A stretch of DNA of 56,449 nucleotides from Octopus bimaculoides (GCF_001194135.2 NC_068997.1:15463830-15520278), one strand, 5' to 3'. Counted from the first letter of the stretch, positions 37,353-51,815 are shown. Translations and numbers: made by a program. Notes: generated by a model not told the origin, from the letters alone.

Positions 37353-38280
37353 NNNNNNNNNNNNNNNNNNNNNNNNNNNNNNNNNNNNNNNNNNNNNNNN
37401 NNNNNNNNNNNNNNNNNNNNNNNNNNNNNNNNNNNNNNNNNNNNNNNNNNNNNNNNNNNNNNNNNNNNNNNNNNNNNNNNNNNNNNNNNNNNNNNNNNNN
37501 NNNNNNNNNNNNNNNNNNNNNNNNNNNNNNNNNNNNNNNNNNNNNNNNNNNNNNNNNNNNNNNNNNNNNNNNNNNNNNNNNNNNNNNNNNNNNNNNNNNN
37601 NNNNNNNNNNNNNNNNNNNNNNNNNNNNNNNNNNNNNNNNNNNNNNNNNNNNNNNNNNNNNNNNNNNNNNNNNNNNNNNNNNNNNNNNNNNNNNNNNNNN
37701 NNNNNNNNNNNNNNNNNNNNNNNNNNNNNNNNNNNNNNNNNNNNNNNNNNNNNNNNNNNNNNNNNNNNNNNNNNNNNNNNNNNNNNNNNNNNNNNNNNNN
37801 NNNNNNNNNNNNNNNNNNNNNNNNNNNNNNNNNNNNNNNNNNNNNNNNNNNNNNNNNNNNNNNNNNNNNNNNNNNNNNNNNNNNNNNNNNNNNNNNNNNN
37901 NNNNNNNNNNNNNNNNNNNNNNNNNNNNNNNNNNNNNNNNNNNNNNNNNNNNNNNNNNNNNNNNNNNNNNNNNNNNNNNNNNNNNNNNNNNNNNNNNNNN
38001 NNNNNNNNNNNNNNNNNNNNNNNNNNNNNNNNNNNNNNNNNNNNNNNNNNNNNNNNNNNNNNNNNNNNNNNNNNNNNNNNNNNNNNNNNNNNNNNNNNNN
38101 NNNNNNNNNNNNNNNNNNNNNNNNNNNNNNNNNNNNNNNNNNNNNNNNNNNNNNNNNNNNNNNNNNNNNNNNNNNNNNNNNNNNNNNNNNNNNNNNNNNN
38201 NNNNNNNNNNNNNNNNNNNNNNNNNNNNNNNNNNNNNNNNNNNNNNNNNNNNNNNNNNNNNNNNNNNNNNNNNNNNNNNN
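37353..38280. other. Largest of 15 assembly gaps (N run)
   Basis: Other gaps start near 13246, 16706, 17026, 17599, 19977, 27553, 32162, 41014, 42110, 44117, 45683, 46488, 48316 and 53196. Confidence 1.
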
Positions 38281-38772
38281 CACCACCACCACCAATGCCT
38301 CCACTACCACTAGCATCATCCTCATTTTCATCATCATTGATGCGACCACCATCACTGCCATCACCACCATCACCACAACCACCACCACCACCACCACCAC
38401 TACCACTAACAACAACAACAACAACAACAACAGCATGAGCAACTACAACAAAACCAACAACACTGCCAACATCAGTTACCATCACCACCCCCACCCCCAC
38501 CACCACCACCATCACCATCACCATCATCATTAACAGCAACAACACTAAGATAATGAGTGAAGAAGTAGGTAAGTAAGTAAATAAATAAGCCAGGATCTGT
38601 AGCAGAGAGATAATAAGCTACAACGAAACATTGACTTTCTTCATGAAATCTTCCATCGAACCAGAAAGAATTAACTATCTCGCGTGCAATGTTGCATGTG
38701 CTTAACTCGTATGTCTGGATGTGGGCGCACGCAGCTATTTGTATGCACACATATACATATATATATACATAC

Positions 38773-38827
<55 letters not shown>

Positions 38828-39376
38828 TATATATATATATATTTACTTGCGTGCATGTGTGTGTGTGTGCTAATGGGCTTATCTATATGTATGGTATGTG
38901 CAATGCATCCAATCAAATCTATACACCATCAACATTGTAGTATAACAACTTGACTCTTGTGCATTAGAGAAAGGAATTACATTTATATATACACATATAC
39001 ATACATAATATTATGCATATATATATACATATTCTATATATGCATGTGTATATATATATATATATGTATGTATTATGTATACATGTATGTATAATATAAA
39101 TATATATGGATGTATTCTCAGTAATAACGTATGCATGTACTCCATAGGGTACACCATAATTAGTCTTAGCAAGGTATTTTTCACTGAATATTCATAAATT
39201 TGAGAATTATTTGGAAGTGTGACATAAATGAAAGAATAGAGGGAAAGAGGGAACCAATGATGCACAATGCTGAGGAATTATGTAAGCTCTTACCTTGTAG
39301 CACAAACACCTACACACACATATACCCATGTGCACACTCTCACACACACACATATACACATATATACTTATATATG

Positions 39377-39408
<32 letters not shown>

Positions 39409-39439
39409 ATATAAACGTATATACATATATATTTATATA

Positions 39440-39499
<60 letters not shown>

Positions 39500-39545
39500 C
39501 ATACACACATGTCTTTCTTTCTCACTCTCTCTTTATATCTATGTA

Positions 39546-39598
<53 letters not shown>

Positions 39599-40514
39599 AA
39601 GAGTAGAATGAAGCAAGGGATTTGGTTAAGCTATTTACTACAATGTCATAAATTACATAATCTTTACATGTGTTTCACTTTTGTATATTAGTGTTTCATT
39701 TAGTAAATGTTTCATAGATGATAGCATAATTGTGTTAGAATGCTAAATTCTCAGAATAGAAATGTAATTTCAAATGATGCTGGTTACCAACATCAGCTAG
39801 TAAGCAGAGCCAAGCCTGGTAGTCAATAGTGGATTAAATTACATTATTTTTCTGAGGATCTGGTATTCTAAGGGGATTACACAATCATCTATGTGATGGT
39901 TACCACATCACACACTAACGTATGCTAGTGAAACACTTGTAAATTTTCGCCATTTATGATGTTATAATAGAAAGTTTAACTTAATTCCATGTTTTATTCA
40001 GGTCTCAGATATACACTATGGACTTTATCTAGTTATATATAATATCAAATGAAAATCCGAGAACAAATTATGTTTAATACCTACACAAGTGTGCATGCAT
40101 GTTTGTGAAAGTGTGTATGCATGTATGTGTGTATGTTTATATGTCCTTGCTTTGATGTCACCAGATAGTCACAGACAAGTGTCACCACAATGCAACTGCT
40201 GTCCTTCATTTTCAGTTTCTCATAAAAATATGCCCATATTGGGAAAACTATTATATTACTTTGAAACAAGTGAGAGTAGGTGACAGGAAAAGCATTCAGG
40301 GTGCAGAAAATCATAGAGGGTATATGATTTCTGTTGATTCGCTCAGCCCCCTTCCTAGCAGACACTACTCCTTGTTCTTTTGGCTTTAGATATACAAAGA
40401 TTTGATAAACTAGCCTATAAATTAAAACTGACCCCATAAAACAGCAACAAGCAAAATCTGTAACAAGTCTTTCTTCCTGATACCTTAGTAGCTTCTAAGC
40501 TGTAGTGAAGACAG

Positions 40515-40815
40515 TATGTTCTTTATCTATCATCTTACTTTCTTGGAGATTTTAGGTAAAATTATACTAATGTGTCCATTTGTTTTAATTTAAGTAAATT
40601 GTATGTCTTTATGCAGCTGAGGATTGCTCTGCATTTACATTGATGTAATAATTGCATTGTTCAATGAAATGGAGTTGTTTGAAACGATCGTACTGCATTA
40701 CCTCTGGATATCCTTGTTGCTTATTTTGATTTCATTCACCTGATTTTGAAATTGTATGGATAATACCATACTTAATTCTGGTACCTAAACTTAGGTACCA
40801 TATTCATCTGAATCT
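40515..40815 (+). repeat. Dispersed ~300-bp repeat carrying a hammerhead motif, copy B
   Basis: Matches the reverse complement of 33971-34285; its 3' end runs into (CT)n(TA)n. Confidence 0.85.
40611..40698 (+). ncRNA. Type I hammerhead ribozyme motif (predicted; base of stem II degenerate)
   Basis: ATGCAG-CTGAGGA-[hairpin with CATTGA/TCAATG]-GAAAC-GATC-GT-A-CTGCAT; perfect 6-bp stem I. Confidence 0.7.
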
Positions 40816-40889
40816 CTCTCTCTCTCTTTCTCTCTCTCTATATATATATTTATACATACATATATATATATACACATATATAGACATAT

Positions 40890-40932
<43 letters not shown>

Positions 40933-41351
40933 TATCGGTATCTATCTCTCTGTATGTATATTTACTTACATCTATCTATATATGTATATATACATGTGTG
41001 TACATATATATATNNNNNNNNNNNNNNNNNNNNNNNNNNNNNNNNNNNNNNNNNNNNNNNNNNNNNNNNNNNNNNNNNNNNNNNNNNNNNNNNNNNNNNN
41101 NNNNNNNNNNNNNNNNNNNNNNNNNNNNNNNNNNNNNNNNNNNNNNNNNNNNNNNNNNNNNNNNNNNNNNNNNNNNNNNNNNNNNNNNNNNNNNNNNNNN
41201 NNNNNNNNNNNNNNNNNNNNNNNNNNNNNNNNNNNNNNNNNNNNNNNNNNNNNNNNNNNNNNNNNNNNNNNNNNNNNNNNNNNNNNNNNNNNNNNNNNNN
41301 NNNNNNNNNNNNNNNNNNNNNNNNNNNNNNNNNNNNNNNNNNNNNNNNNNN

Positions 41352-41383
<32 letters not shown>

Positions 41384-41851
41384 AAAATGGGAATACAATA
41401 TAGAAACACAGAGACTGAAATATGCCGTCAGCAACAGCTGTACTATAACTACTACGACCATTGGCCTCTGCACGATTGCTAGATTCGATAGAAATAATAG
41501 CCAAGTGTCCTTCAGATCATAACCCCATAAATTTCAAAAAACTGTAGGCTGTATTAGAATAACTGTTTCTTATTTTGAAACTAGGCCAGCAATTCTGAAG
41601 GTAAAAGCCGTTAGTTGATAACATCAATCCCAGTATTGAGGTGGTGGTGGTGACTGAATTGTTAGTATACTGGCTGTAATGCTTAGCAGCAGTTTTTTTT
41701 TCTGGCTCTCTATGTTCTAAGTTCAAATCCTGCCATGGTTGACTTTACCTTTCATCCTTTCAGGGTTGATAAAATGAGTACCAGTTATGCACTGGGGTTG
41801 ATGTCAAGCAATGGTGGGGGATGGACAGACACACACACAAAGTCACGCACA

Positions 41852-42073
41852 CTGGCAGAAACGTTAGCACGCCGGGCGAAATGCTTAGCAGTATTTCGTC
41901 TGCCGCTACGTTCTGAGTTCAAATTCCGCCGAGGTCGACTTTGCCTTTCATCCTTTCGGAGTCGATCAAATAAGTACCAGTTACGCACTGGGGTCAGTAT
42001 AATCGACTTAATCCGTGTGTCTGTCCTTGTTTGTCCCCTCTGTGTGTAGCCCCTTGTGGGTAGTAAAGAAATA
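41852..42073 (+). mobile_element. SINE family A (long-tail variant), preceded by a decayed copy at ~41648-41810
   Basis: CpG-rich copy with tail CTTAATCCGTG...CCCCTTGTGGGTAGTAAAGAAATAA, as at 23017-23100. Confidence 0.9.
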
Positions 42074-42775
42074 ACACATAAGTATACATACATGCATACA
42101 TACATATATNNNNNNNNNNNNNNNNNNNNNNNNNNNNNNNNNNNNNNNNNNNNNNNNNNNNNNNNNNNNNNNNNNNNNNNNNNNNNNNNNNNNNNNNNNN
42201 NNNNNNNNNNNNNNNNNNNNNNNNNNNNNNNNNNNNNNNNNNNNNNNNNNNNNNNNNNNNNNNNNNNNNNNNNNNNNNNNNNNNNNNNNNNNNNNNNNNN
42301 NNNNNNNNNNNNNNNNNNNNNNNNNNNNNNNNNNNNNNNNNNNNNNNNNNNNNNNNNNNNNNNNNNNNNNNNNNNNNNNNNNNNNNNNNNNNNNNNNNNN
42401 NNNNNNNNNNNNNNNNNNNNNNNNNNNNNNNNNNNNNNNNNNNNNNNNNNNNNNNNNNNNNNNNNNNNNNNNNNNNNNNNNNNNNNNNNNNNNNNNNNNN
42501 NNNNNNNNNNNNNNNNNNNNNNNNNNNNNNNNNNNNNNNNNNNNNNNNNNNNNNNNNNNNNNNNNNNNNNNNNNNNNNNNNNNNNNNNNNNNNNNNNNNN
42601 NNNNNNNNNNNNNNNNNNNNNNNNNNNNNNNNNNNNNNNNNNNNNNNNNNNNNNNNNNNNNNNNNNNNNNNNNNNNNNNNNNNNNNNNNNNNNNNNNNNN
42701 NNNNNNNNNNNNNNNNNNNNNNNNNNNNNNNNNNNNNNNNNNNNNNNNNNNNNNNNNNNNNNNNNNNNNNNNNNN

Positions 42776-42807
<32 letters not shown>

Positions 42808-42811
<4 letters not shown>

Positions 42812-42948
42812 CGACAGGCTTCTTTCAGTTTCTGTCTAACCAAATCCACTCACAAGGCTTTGGGCGGCCTGAGGCTATAGTAGAAGACACTGGCCTATGG
42901 TACCATGCAATGGGACTGAAGTCAGAACCATGTGGTTGGGAAATGCCT
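42808..42948 (-). mobile_element. SINE family B
   Basis: Reverse complement of the 23930-24072 type. Confidence 0.8.
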
Positions 42949-43499
42949 GCACCTTATAACATACCATGATAATTAATCATATATGTCTTATATTACTTTG
43001 CTTTTCCACGTCTACTGCCTTGGAAGTATAAAGTGTGTGTATACAGTTTTGCTCTAATTACATACACTCATGTGTACATGTTTATTAATCTATATCCATG
43101 TGGTATAAAGATGTGTTCGCATGTGTGTATCTTTGTGTATATGAACTTGTGTGTTTGTGTCTGTTATTGTGTTATGTATGTTAATCTGCATCTTTGGAAT
43201 GCAAATACGAAAATATGATTGCAAATGTTATGTCTACATGTTAATCTATCTATCCACCAATCTGTCAGTCAGTCTGTCTATCTAGCCATCTATATATATA
43301 TCTATATATATATCTATCTATCAATCTACCTACCTATATATTTGTCAATCTTGCTATCTATCCATCTATATATATAATTAATAATATCAGGGTAATAAGA
43401 AATATTAAAAATTCTACTACCAATGGCCTAGCAAGTAAAAAAATTTAGTCAATAGACTATATATTATTCATATATACGTATATGCACATGCTTACATCT

Positions 43500-43553
<54 letters not shown>

Positions 43554-44574
43554 AGGCATATGTAGGCATAGGACGTCATGAAATGTGTACAACAAAAAAT
43601 ACGAAGTATGAGTACATGGAATATGAACTATTTTTTCAAACAACGAAAGACACAAATGGAAAAAAAGACAAGCAACATAAAGAACGATCCTTCATCAGTT
43701 GTTGGCTGTTTTTCTACTCTCGTATTTTTCGAGCATTTTACAACAATATACACTTGTGGTAAAACAGTTGCTCCCGCAAAGCAAATTAAATAAAATTTTA
43801 GATTTTTGTGGAGGGTCAATATTGGTTACACAAATAGGACAGTGAAAGCAAACAGAAAGGGCTACTAAGCCTAAATGAGGTTGTGGTGGCGAACGCGTAA
43901 ATCAAGCTTAGACAGGAGACAAACAAGAATACATCTTCCTTGTTAGAGCTACAGCAGAGAGAAAGAAAGAAACACAAATTAGGAGAAGAAAGAAAGATGG
44001 TCGATGGTCCAGTTCTCCCGCTTTTCTATCCTATTATTCTGTCATTCTCTCTCCCTCACTCCTCCCTTGCTCACGTGGCTCCCATGTGACCATAAAAACA
44101 TATATATATATATATANNNNNNNNNNNNNNNNNNNNNNNNNNNNNNNNNNNNNNNNNNNNNNNNNNNNNNNNNNNNNNNNNNNNNNNNNNNNNNNNNNNN
44201 NNNNNNNNNNNNNNNNNNNNNNNNNNNNNNNNNNNNNNNNNNNNNNNNNNNNNNNNNNNNNNNNNNNNNNNNNNNNNNNNNNNNNNNNNNNNNNNNNNNN
44301 NNNNNNNNNNNNNNNNNNNNNNNNNNNNNNNNNNNNNNNNNNNNNNNNNNNNNNNNNNNNNNNNNNNNNNNNNNNNNNNNNNNNNNNNNNNNNNNNNNNN
44401 NNNNNNATATATACTTATCTATCTATCAATCCATCTACCTATCTATCTATCTATCAGTCTGTCTGTCTATCTGCTTGTCTATGTCTGTATGTATATATGT
44501 ATGTATGTATCTATATTCTGTCTCATCTTTCTCCTTTCCTCTCCCTTTCTCTCTCTTACTCTATCTAAATATGA

Positions 44575-44629
<55 letters not shown>

Positions 44630-45493
44630 ATAAAAGTGCGTGTATATTTGCATGTATGTGTATACAGGTGTGTGTTAATCTATGAGCTGTATGTAAATAT
44701 ATAACTGTCTATATTTATGAGTGTTTGCTGCCTGCTTGGATTAATCTACACTGATAGCTTTTCATTTACATATATTATATAGACACTTCTATGTACATAC
44801 ATACTTATATACATACAGACAGACAGACACATATACAAATACCCATGTCTATATATATGTATGTGTGTGTGTGTGTATACATATATATATATATATATAC
44901 ATATATATGTATATATACATATATGCATGCATACATACATATGCACCCACATATGTTCATATATATATATATACATATATATAGATATACATATATATAT
45001 ACATATATATACACATATATATATACATATACATACGTATACATATATATATATGTATATATACATATGTATATACATATATATATGCATATACATCATC
45101 AGCATCATTTACACATATACATATATATATATATACATACATTTTTCTGTCCTTTTATCCCACAAGTTCCCAAATCAAACTACCCACCATTTCATAACAC
45201 ATCTCACCATTCTCTACCATTCCATGCTGTTGTGCCTTACCATATGTGGCGGTGCCAGTGATGGTGTTGGTGATGGTGCCTGTTGTGCTGTAGTTGATGG
45301 TAGTGATGATACTGGTGGTATCGGTGGTATGGGAAGAGAAAGAGGATTGTATTTGCTTTAGAAGATTAATAATGAAAAACAGAAAAAAATTCACATATAT
45401 ATGGGTTTGTGATTGTGTGTCTATGTATATATATACATGTGTGTGTGTGTGCTCATGCTTATTTATATATGTCTATGTGTGTATGTATGTATG

Positions 45494-45528
<35 letters not shown>

Positions 45529-45632
45529 GTATGCAGACACACATATATATACACACACATATAGATATCTATACACATGCATATACATACACGTATATAT
45601 ATGCATACATGCATATGTATATAAATACACAT

Positions 45633-45682
<50 letters not shown>

Positions 45683-45692
45683 NNNNNNNNNN

Positions 45693-45737
<45 letters not shown>

Positions 45738-46836
45738 GTAATGATAATAAACAATGATAAGAAATAAATGAATAAATAAGGATGAGGAAGAAAACATAAA
45801 TGCAAAATCAATCAGAGAAAGCTAAGTTATAGCCGATTGATTGATTAAGAGAAAATGCTGTGGTTGGCTGAGAGTTCAATAATTTTTCATTAACCTACTT
45901 TGTCGAAGATGCCGTCTTTAATGCTTTCCGACAGGGAAGAGAGAAGTGCACCGGTGCGAAAGAAATGCAACGTGCTGCAAAAGTCAGAGAGAGAGAGAGG
46001 AAGAGAGAGAGAGAGGATACCATCATCGTTACCATTACCACCACCACCACCATACTTTTGCAAACAGCTTTGCCGCTATCATCATCATCATCGTGCCATG
46101 CTGAGCCACATCGAGCCATGCACCAAAGCCGAGCCAAACCATACTGAAATATGGCAAATCAAACCAGATTTAAAGTTAACCAGTATAGACTTGTCTAGAC
46201 TAGGCTAGACAAGATGGTAAAAGTAGGCCAGTCCAGATTAGAGTAGACCAAGAGGAAACTTTCGGATCACCGCAAAGAGAAGGAAAAAAAAAAGAAAGAA
46301 AAAAGAAAAGAAAAAAGGAAAAGTGTACGAACATTTATTCCTTTTATGCTAGTTATGTTTGTTTGATTTATTGCTTTATTGTTAATTTATTAATTCATTT
46401 ATTTACCAATGTTTTGCTTCTCTCTTTTTTGTTTTTTTTGCATTTCTTTTTAGTATCGGTTAAAAACTAAGTTTTTCACTTACGATANNNNNNNNNNNNN
46501 NNNNNNNNNNNNNNNNNNNNNNNNNNNNNNNNNNNNNNNNNNNNNNNNNNNNNNNNNNNNNNNNNNNNNNNNNNNNNNNNNNNNNNNNNNNNNNNNNNNN
46601 NNNNNNNNNNNNNNNNNNNNNNNNNNNNNNNNNNNNNNNNNNNNNNNNNNNNNNNNNNNNNNNNNNNNNNNNNNNNNNNNNNNNNNNNNNNNNNNNNNNN
46701 NNNNNNNNNNNNNNNNNNNNNNNNNNNNNNNNNNNNNNNNNNNNNNNNNNNNNNNNNNNNNNNNNNNNNNNNNNNNNNNNNNNNNNNNNNNNNNNNNNNN
46801 NNNNNNNNNNNNNNNNNNNNNNNNNNNNNNNNNNNN

Positions 46837-46909
<73 letters not shown>

Positions 46910-47420
46910 CATATATATGCATGCATATATAGGTTTGTGTGATGTCTATATGTATACATACATATATATATATGCAGGTGTCATGCGAATGTGCTTGCAT
47001 GTGAACATATATCCATAAGAATATGTATGTGTGTGTGTGTGTGTGTATGCACACATCAAAACATCATAATTATATTGAAAAAAAAAATTTTTTTATACGA
47101 AACAATTTGCAGAGAGCTCAATAAAAATGCAAAAAAAAAAAAGAAGAAATAACAATGACCATGTTTAGAACAATGATATAATGATAAAGAAGTACAGTTA
47201 AAAATGAAGAAAGCTTTGGGAAAAAATGATGCTATGTAGTAAAGTATATAGTCTTTATCTTTGCTGGGCACGATGGAATCTCTGGCTGTAGAAGTTCATA
47301 AGATTGTGTGAATATGTGATGCTTTCATCAACAGAGCTGCAAAGAATGGTATGATGTGTGTGTGTGTATGTATGTATATATACTTATACATGTGTGTATG
47401 TATATATGTGTGTATGTATA

Positions 47421-47546
47421 TAGTGGAGGCGCAATGGCTCAGTAGTTAGGGCAGCAGACTCGCGGTTGTAGGATCACGGTTTCGATTCCAGACCGGGCGC
47501 CGTGAGTGTTTATTGAGTGAAAACACCTAAAACTCCATGAGGCTCT
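47421..47546 (+). mobile_element. tRNA-derived SINE 5' part (distinct family)
   Basis: A-box TGGCTCAGTAG, B-box GTTTCGATTCC; no complete cloverleaf. Confidence 0.65.
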
Positions 47547-48794
47547 GACTTCTTAGTAATATTATTGGTTATCATATACAGAGGAGCATTAATGATAAAC
47601 ACAGGTTTATATAATTCCTTCAACAATGTGGCTGTTTGGAACTCTGCATTGGATATTCCAAGTACAATTGGATGCTTAACCACAATGGATTATCAGAGAC
47701 AGATGAGAGATTCTTTACTGCATTAAGTTACTAAAAACCAAAGTCTCATTTGTACTTGGAGCACTCAATGCAGAGTTCTAAGCAACCACAATGGTAAAAC
47801 CTACACGGGAACAAATGATATATGCTTGTATTTACTGTAATTTCTTACATACATATACATATATAGGCAAGGGTGTAGCTGTGTGGTTAGAAGCTTGCTT
47901 CCCAACCACATGTAAAAGATAAAAGATACACCCCACCACACACACACACACACATATATATATAACAAATTAAAAAGGGTGGCTTTTTAGGAATCAGAAC
48001 CTAAAGGCAAAATTAACAAGGGTCAAAGCATCGTCACATGTAATGACGGGGATGTGAGTTCGAGTCCACAGCTAGTCACCTACACTTTTCTCTGCAAAAA
48101 TAGGGATAGTTTATCCTGTTCAGGCTATATTATTAGCATTATTCTGCGATTGAGAATTTAAACATCACTTCTTTAACTTTCTATAAAAAGACATCTCAAC
48201 GCTTCTAAAAGCAAGCTTCGCTTGTTTGTTTACGTTTGTCGTAATTTGAATTTAACACATGAGAGCGTCTCATAAAGCGAGATTTATATATCTTAATTTG
48301 CAGAGGAATTTGTGGNNNNNNNNNNNNNNNNNNNNNNNNNNNNNNNNNNNNNNNNNNNNNNNNNNNNNNNNNNNNNNNNNNNNNNNNNNNNNNNNNNNNN
48401 NNNNNNNNNNNNNNNNNNNNNNNNNNNNNNNNNNNNNNNNNNNNNNNNNNNNNNNNNNNNNNNNNNNNNNNNNNNNNNNNNNNNNNNNNNNNNNNNNNNN
48501 NNNNNNNNNNNNNNNNNNNNNNNNNNNNNNNNNNNNNNNNNNNNNNNNNNNNNNNNNNNNNNNNNNNNNNNNNNNNNNNNNNNNNNNNNNNNNNNNNNNN
48601 NNNNNNNNNNNNNNNNNNNNNNNNNNNNNNNNNNNNNNNNNNNNNNNNNNNNNNNNNNNNNNNNNNNNNNNNNNNNNNNNNNNNNNNNNNNNNNNNNNNN
48701 NNNNNNNNNNNNNNNNNNNNNNNNNNNNNNNNNNNNNNNNNNNNNNNNNNNNNNNNNNNNNNNNNNNNNNNNNATATATATATATATATATATA

Positions 48795-48883
48795 TAGGGT
48801 GGTGCTTAAAAGTTCCTGGCTTTGGGTAAAAGAACATACAGGAGGATCAATTAATTTTGATTTTATTCAACATATTCCCCTCT
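48795..48883. mobile_element. mariner-like terminal fragment/MITE end
   Basis: TA-GGGTGGTGCTTAAAAGTTCCTGGCTTT...TTTTATTCAACATATTCCCC resembles mariner ends (from recall); inserted at (TA)n. Confidence 0.5.
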
Positions 48884-49886
48884 ACATACATATACATACT
48901 ATACACACATATACATAATATACATACATATATGCATATATTTGTGTGTGTTTGTAGTGTGGTTGTGTGTCTTTGTGACTATGTTTGCAACCCACTACCA
49001 CTTCATAACTGGGGTTGGTGTTTTTACACCTCTATAACTTAGTGGTTTGGCAAAAGAAAGTGATACAATATATCACTTTGCAAAAAAAAAAAATAATAAG
49101 TGCAGGGTGTCAATCTATTTGGCTAAAATTCTTCAAGGTGGTGCCCCAACATGGCTGCAGTTCAATGATTGAAACAAGTAAAAGATAAAACATAAAACAT
49201 AAATATAAATTTTTAAAAAAAAGCGAATCTGTTGAACAACACATTTTATTGCATAATATTACAATTGTTTCACTGCCACTTTACCAGATCATTACAGAAA
49301 TATTATTGCATAGTGTTGATTCTTTAGCTATTTGTACAAACAGTTTGAGGAAACGATTTATTCATATACCAGAAGAACCAAAACTAGCCAATATTGCTGA
49401 AATAATTCTGATAGGATGTATTATTCTATATATTATATAATAATATTTTGGTAAGGGTCTTTTGGTAAAGTGGCTGTGAAATTATTATAGTATTATGTAG
49501 TAAAAAGTGTTGCTTTGTCTATTCTCTTTTGTTAATACTTTTATATATAATGTACAATACTCTATTGATGTTCCTGGATTTCCAAATGTATCTTCAGCAA
49601 TGCAATCAGTTTCACAGTAAAATCATGTCTGGCACTTGATGCCCATAGACAAGCTTTCTAAAGCAAACTACAAGCTTAATATCCAAACTGAATTCATCTA
49701 TATACATATATATATATATATACATATTATAGATATTATACAGCTGGGCTACTGAAATCTACAAGTTTTTTACTCTATCTCTCTGTTTATTTTCTCTTAT
49801 TCCTTTCTGTTGTATATATATATATACATACATATATACACACACATATAAATATATACATAATATGTGTATGTATATATATGCAT

Positions 49887-50075
49887 ATCATCATCATCAT
49901 CATCATTTAATGCCCGTTTTCCATGCTGCATGGATCGGATGGTTTGATAGAGGCGAACAAGCCAAGGGCTACATTTGGCATCCAACTGGTTTGGTATGTT
50001 TTTTTGTGGCTAGATGCCCTTCCTAACATCACTACTTTACAGCATGGACTGAGTGCTTTTTACATGGCACTGCAC
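49887..50075 (-). mobile_element. Family E tail
   Basis: (CAT)n-TTAATGCCCGTTTTCCATGC is the reverse complement of the 24540-24588 type. Confidence 0.75.
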
Positions 50076-50212
50076 AGTAACATAGTTTCAATGGCTGGAT
50101 TTTTATATTTTTATGATTCTATAGACCTTGGTACAAGTTGACTGGGAACCTGGAGCCCACCAAAATGTTTTCTCAATTGGGCCCCACACCTAAGGCTGGC
50201 CCTGCATTAGGC

Positions 50213-51130
50213 ATATATATTTTGTCAAATTAAAGATGAGAAATAAGATCGGTTCGACAATTCAAAAGCATTACAATATAAATGGAACCAAAAGGCGTAT
50301 TATTATATATTTAATGCATCTCTCATTAAAACAGTCGGTATTGAAACAATATTAAAACTTTCAAAATTAAAGATACACCAAAAATATTAAAAATACAATA
50401 GACATATATGTATGACAAATTATGCATGTCAATAAAAAATATATAAATATATCAAAAGATATAGTCCTACTTACTAATAATGATTAGGTTAAAAATGGGG
50501 TTAAATACGATTATAAAATGTCCAGGGTATGGCGTATAAAATAAATAATTCATAGAATAAAGGTTGGTTCTTCATTGTTTTTTTCAGGGAAAATATCAAA
50601 TGAATTCTATCACCATTTCTAGGGAAAAATAATCCTTGTAAATAACAGATGTTCATATCCAAAATTTTAGACAACTGCCACCAACATTGGGAGTGTTAAA
50701 AGAGGTTATATCTCGCTTACTATTAGAAAATTTACTTTAGTGCTAGGTTTTATATATAGTAATACCTATGAGCAGGAGGAGGAAATAGTGTAGCAGCAAT
50801 TATGGGAAATTAATATAAAAAGTATGGTGGGTTCTAAGGGAATGAATTACACCAAGAAGCAGGTGATAAAGTTTGAATATAAGTGTTAGGTGGAATCTGG
50901 TCAGTCCTTGAGTATAACTGTCCACCTGTCTAGTTTGATTATAATACCTAAAAGTTGAATGGTGTATCTGTAATTTTGACATTTTTAGTAGTGTTTCAAT
51001 ACTGAACTTTTTAATGAGAGATGCATTAAATATATGATACTCCTTTTGGCTCTGTTTATATTGGAATGCTTTTGAATTGTCAAACCTACCTGATTTCTCA
51101 TCTTTAATTTGAAAAAAAAAAAATATATAT
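50213..51130. mobile_element. Foldback-like element with ~170-bp inverted arms
   Basis: 50213-50380 matches the reverse complement of 50960-51130 (e.g. TCAAATTAAAGATGAGAAAT, TATATTTAATGCATCTCTCATTAAAA). Confidence 0.8.
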
Positions 51131-51434
51131 AGTTCAGATTGATAGAAAACAAAAGATGAAGATAGGTGAAGGAACACCAAGCAGGTGTATTAGTTAAACA
51201 CTCAGGGAAAATGGAAAAGTCTTTGATGTTTTGAGACTATGTTCTTTGACAGAAAGGACTGAGAGTAAAAAAATGGAGAGAAAATGGAAAAAAATAGAGA
51301 GAGAAAAAAATGTGTTGGGAGTAACGGTTCAATATGATAAAATATATTATATTGATATATGTGTGCATATGTATGTGTATATATTTTATATATAATATTA
51401 TATATATAGATGTATGTATATGTATGTATATGTG

Positions 51435-51680
51435 CTGAAGGCATGTAAAAAGCACTCACCTCATTCTGTAAACTGGTGATGTTAGGAAGGGCATCCACCC
51501 ATGGAAATAATACCAAAACGTGGTCTGCTAGTGCTGATACCAAATAAAAAGCAACCAACCCACTCTGTAAAGTAGTTGGCATTAGCAAGGGCGTCCAGCT
51601 ATAAAAACCATTGGAGCTTTAAAAACCAGTACCCATCAAACCATCTAAACCATGCAAGCATGGAGGATGGACTTTAGATG
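51435..51680 (+). mobile_element. Two tandem family E tails
   Basis: TAAAAAGCA...CTGTAAA...TTAG.AAGGGC.TCCA occurs twice. Confidence 0.7.
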
Positions 51681-51781
51681 ATTTTGTATGAATTATGTAT
51701 GCATGCATGCATATATGTATGCATGTATGTATGTATGTATGTATGGATGCATATATGTATGCAAGTATGTATGTATGTATG

Positions 51782-51815
<34 letters not shown>

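Noticed and set aside
43689-43698. CTGATGAAGG on the minus strand as another hammerhead
   Set aside because: No correctly placed GAAA-stem III-UH and no stem I pairing could be found.
47421-47546. tRNA-like sequences here, at 35677 and at about 48050
   Set aside because: They have A/B boxes but no complete cloverleaf or acceptor stem; they are SINE heads, not tRNA genes.
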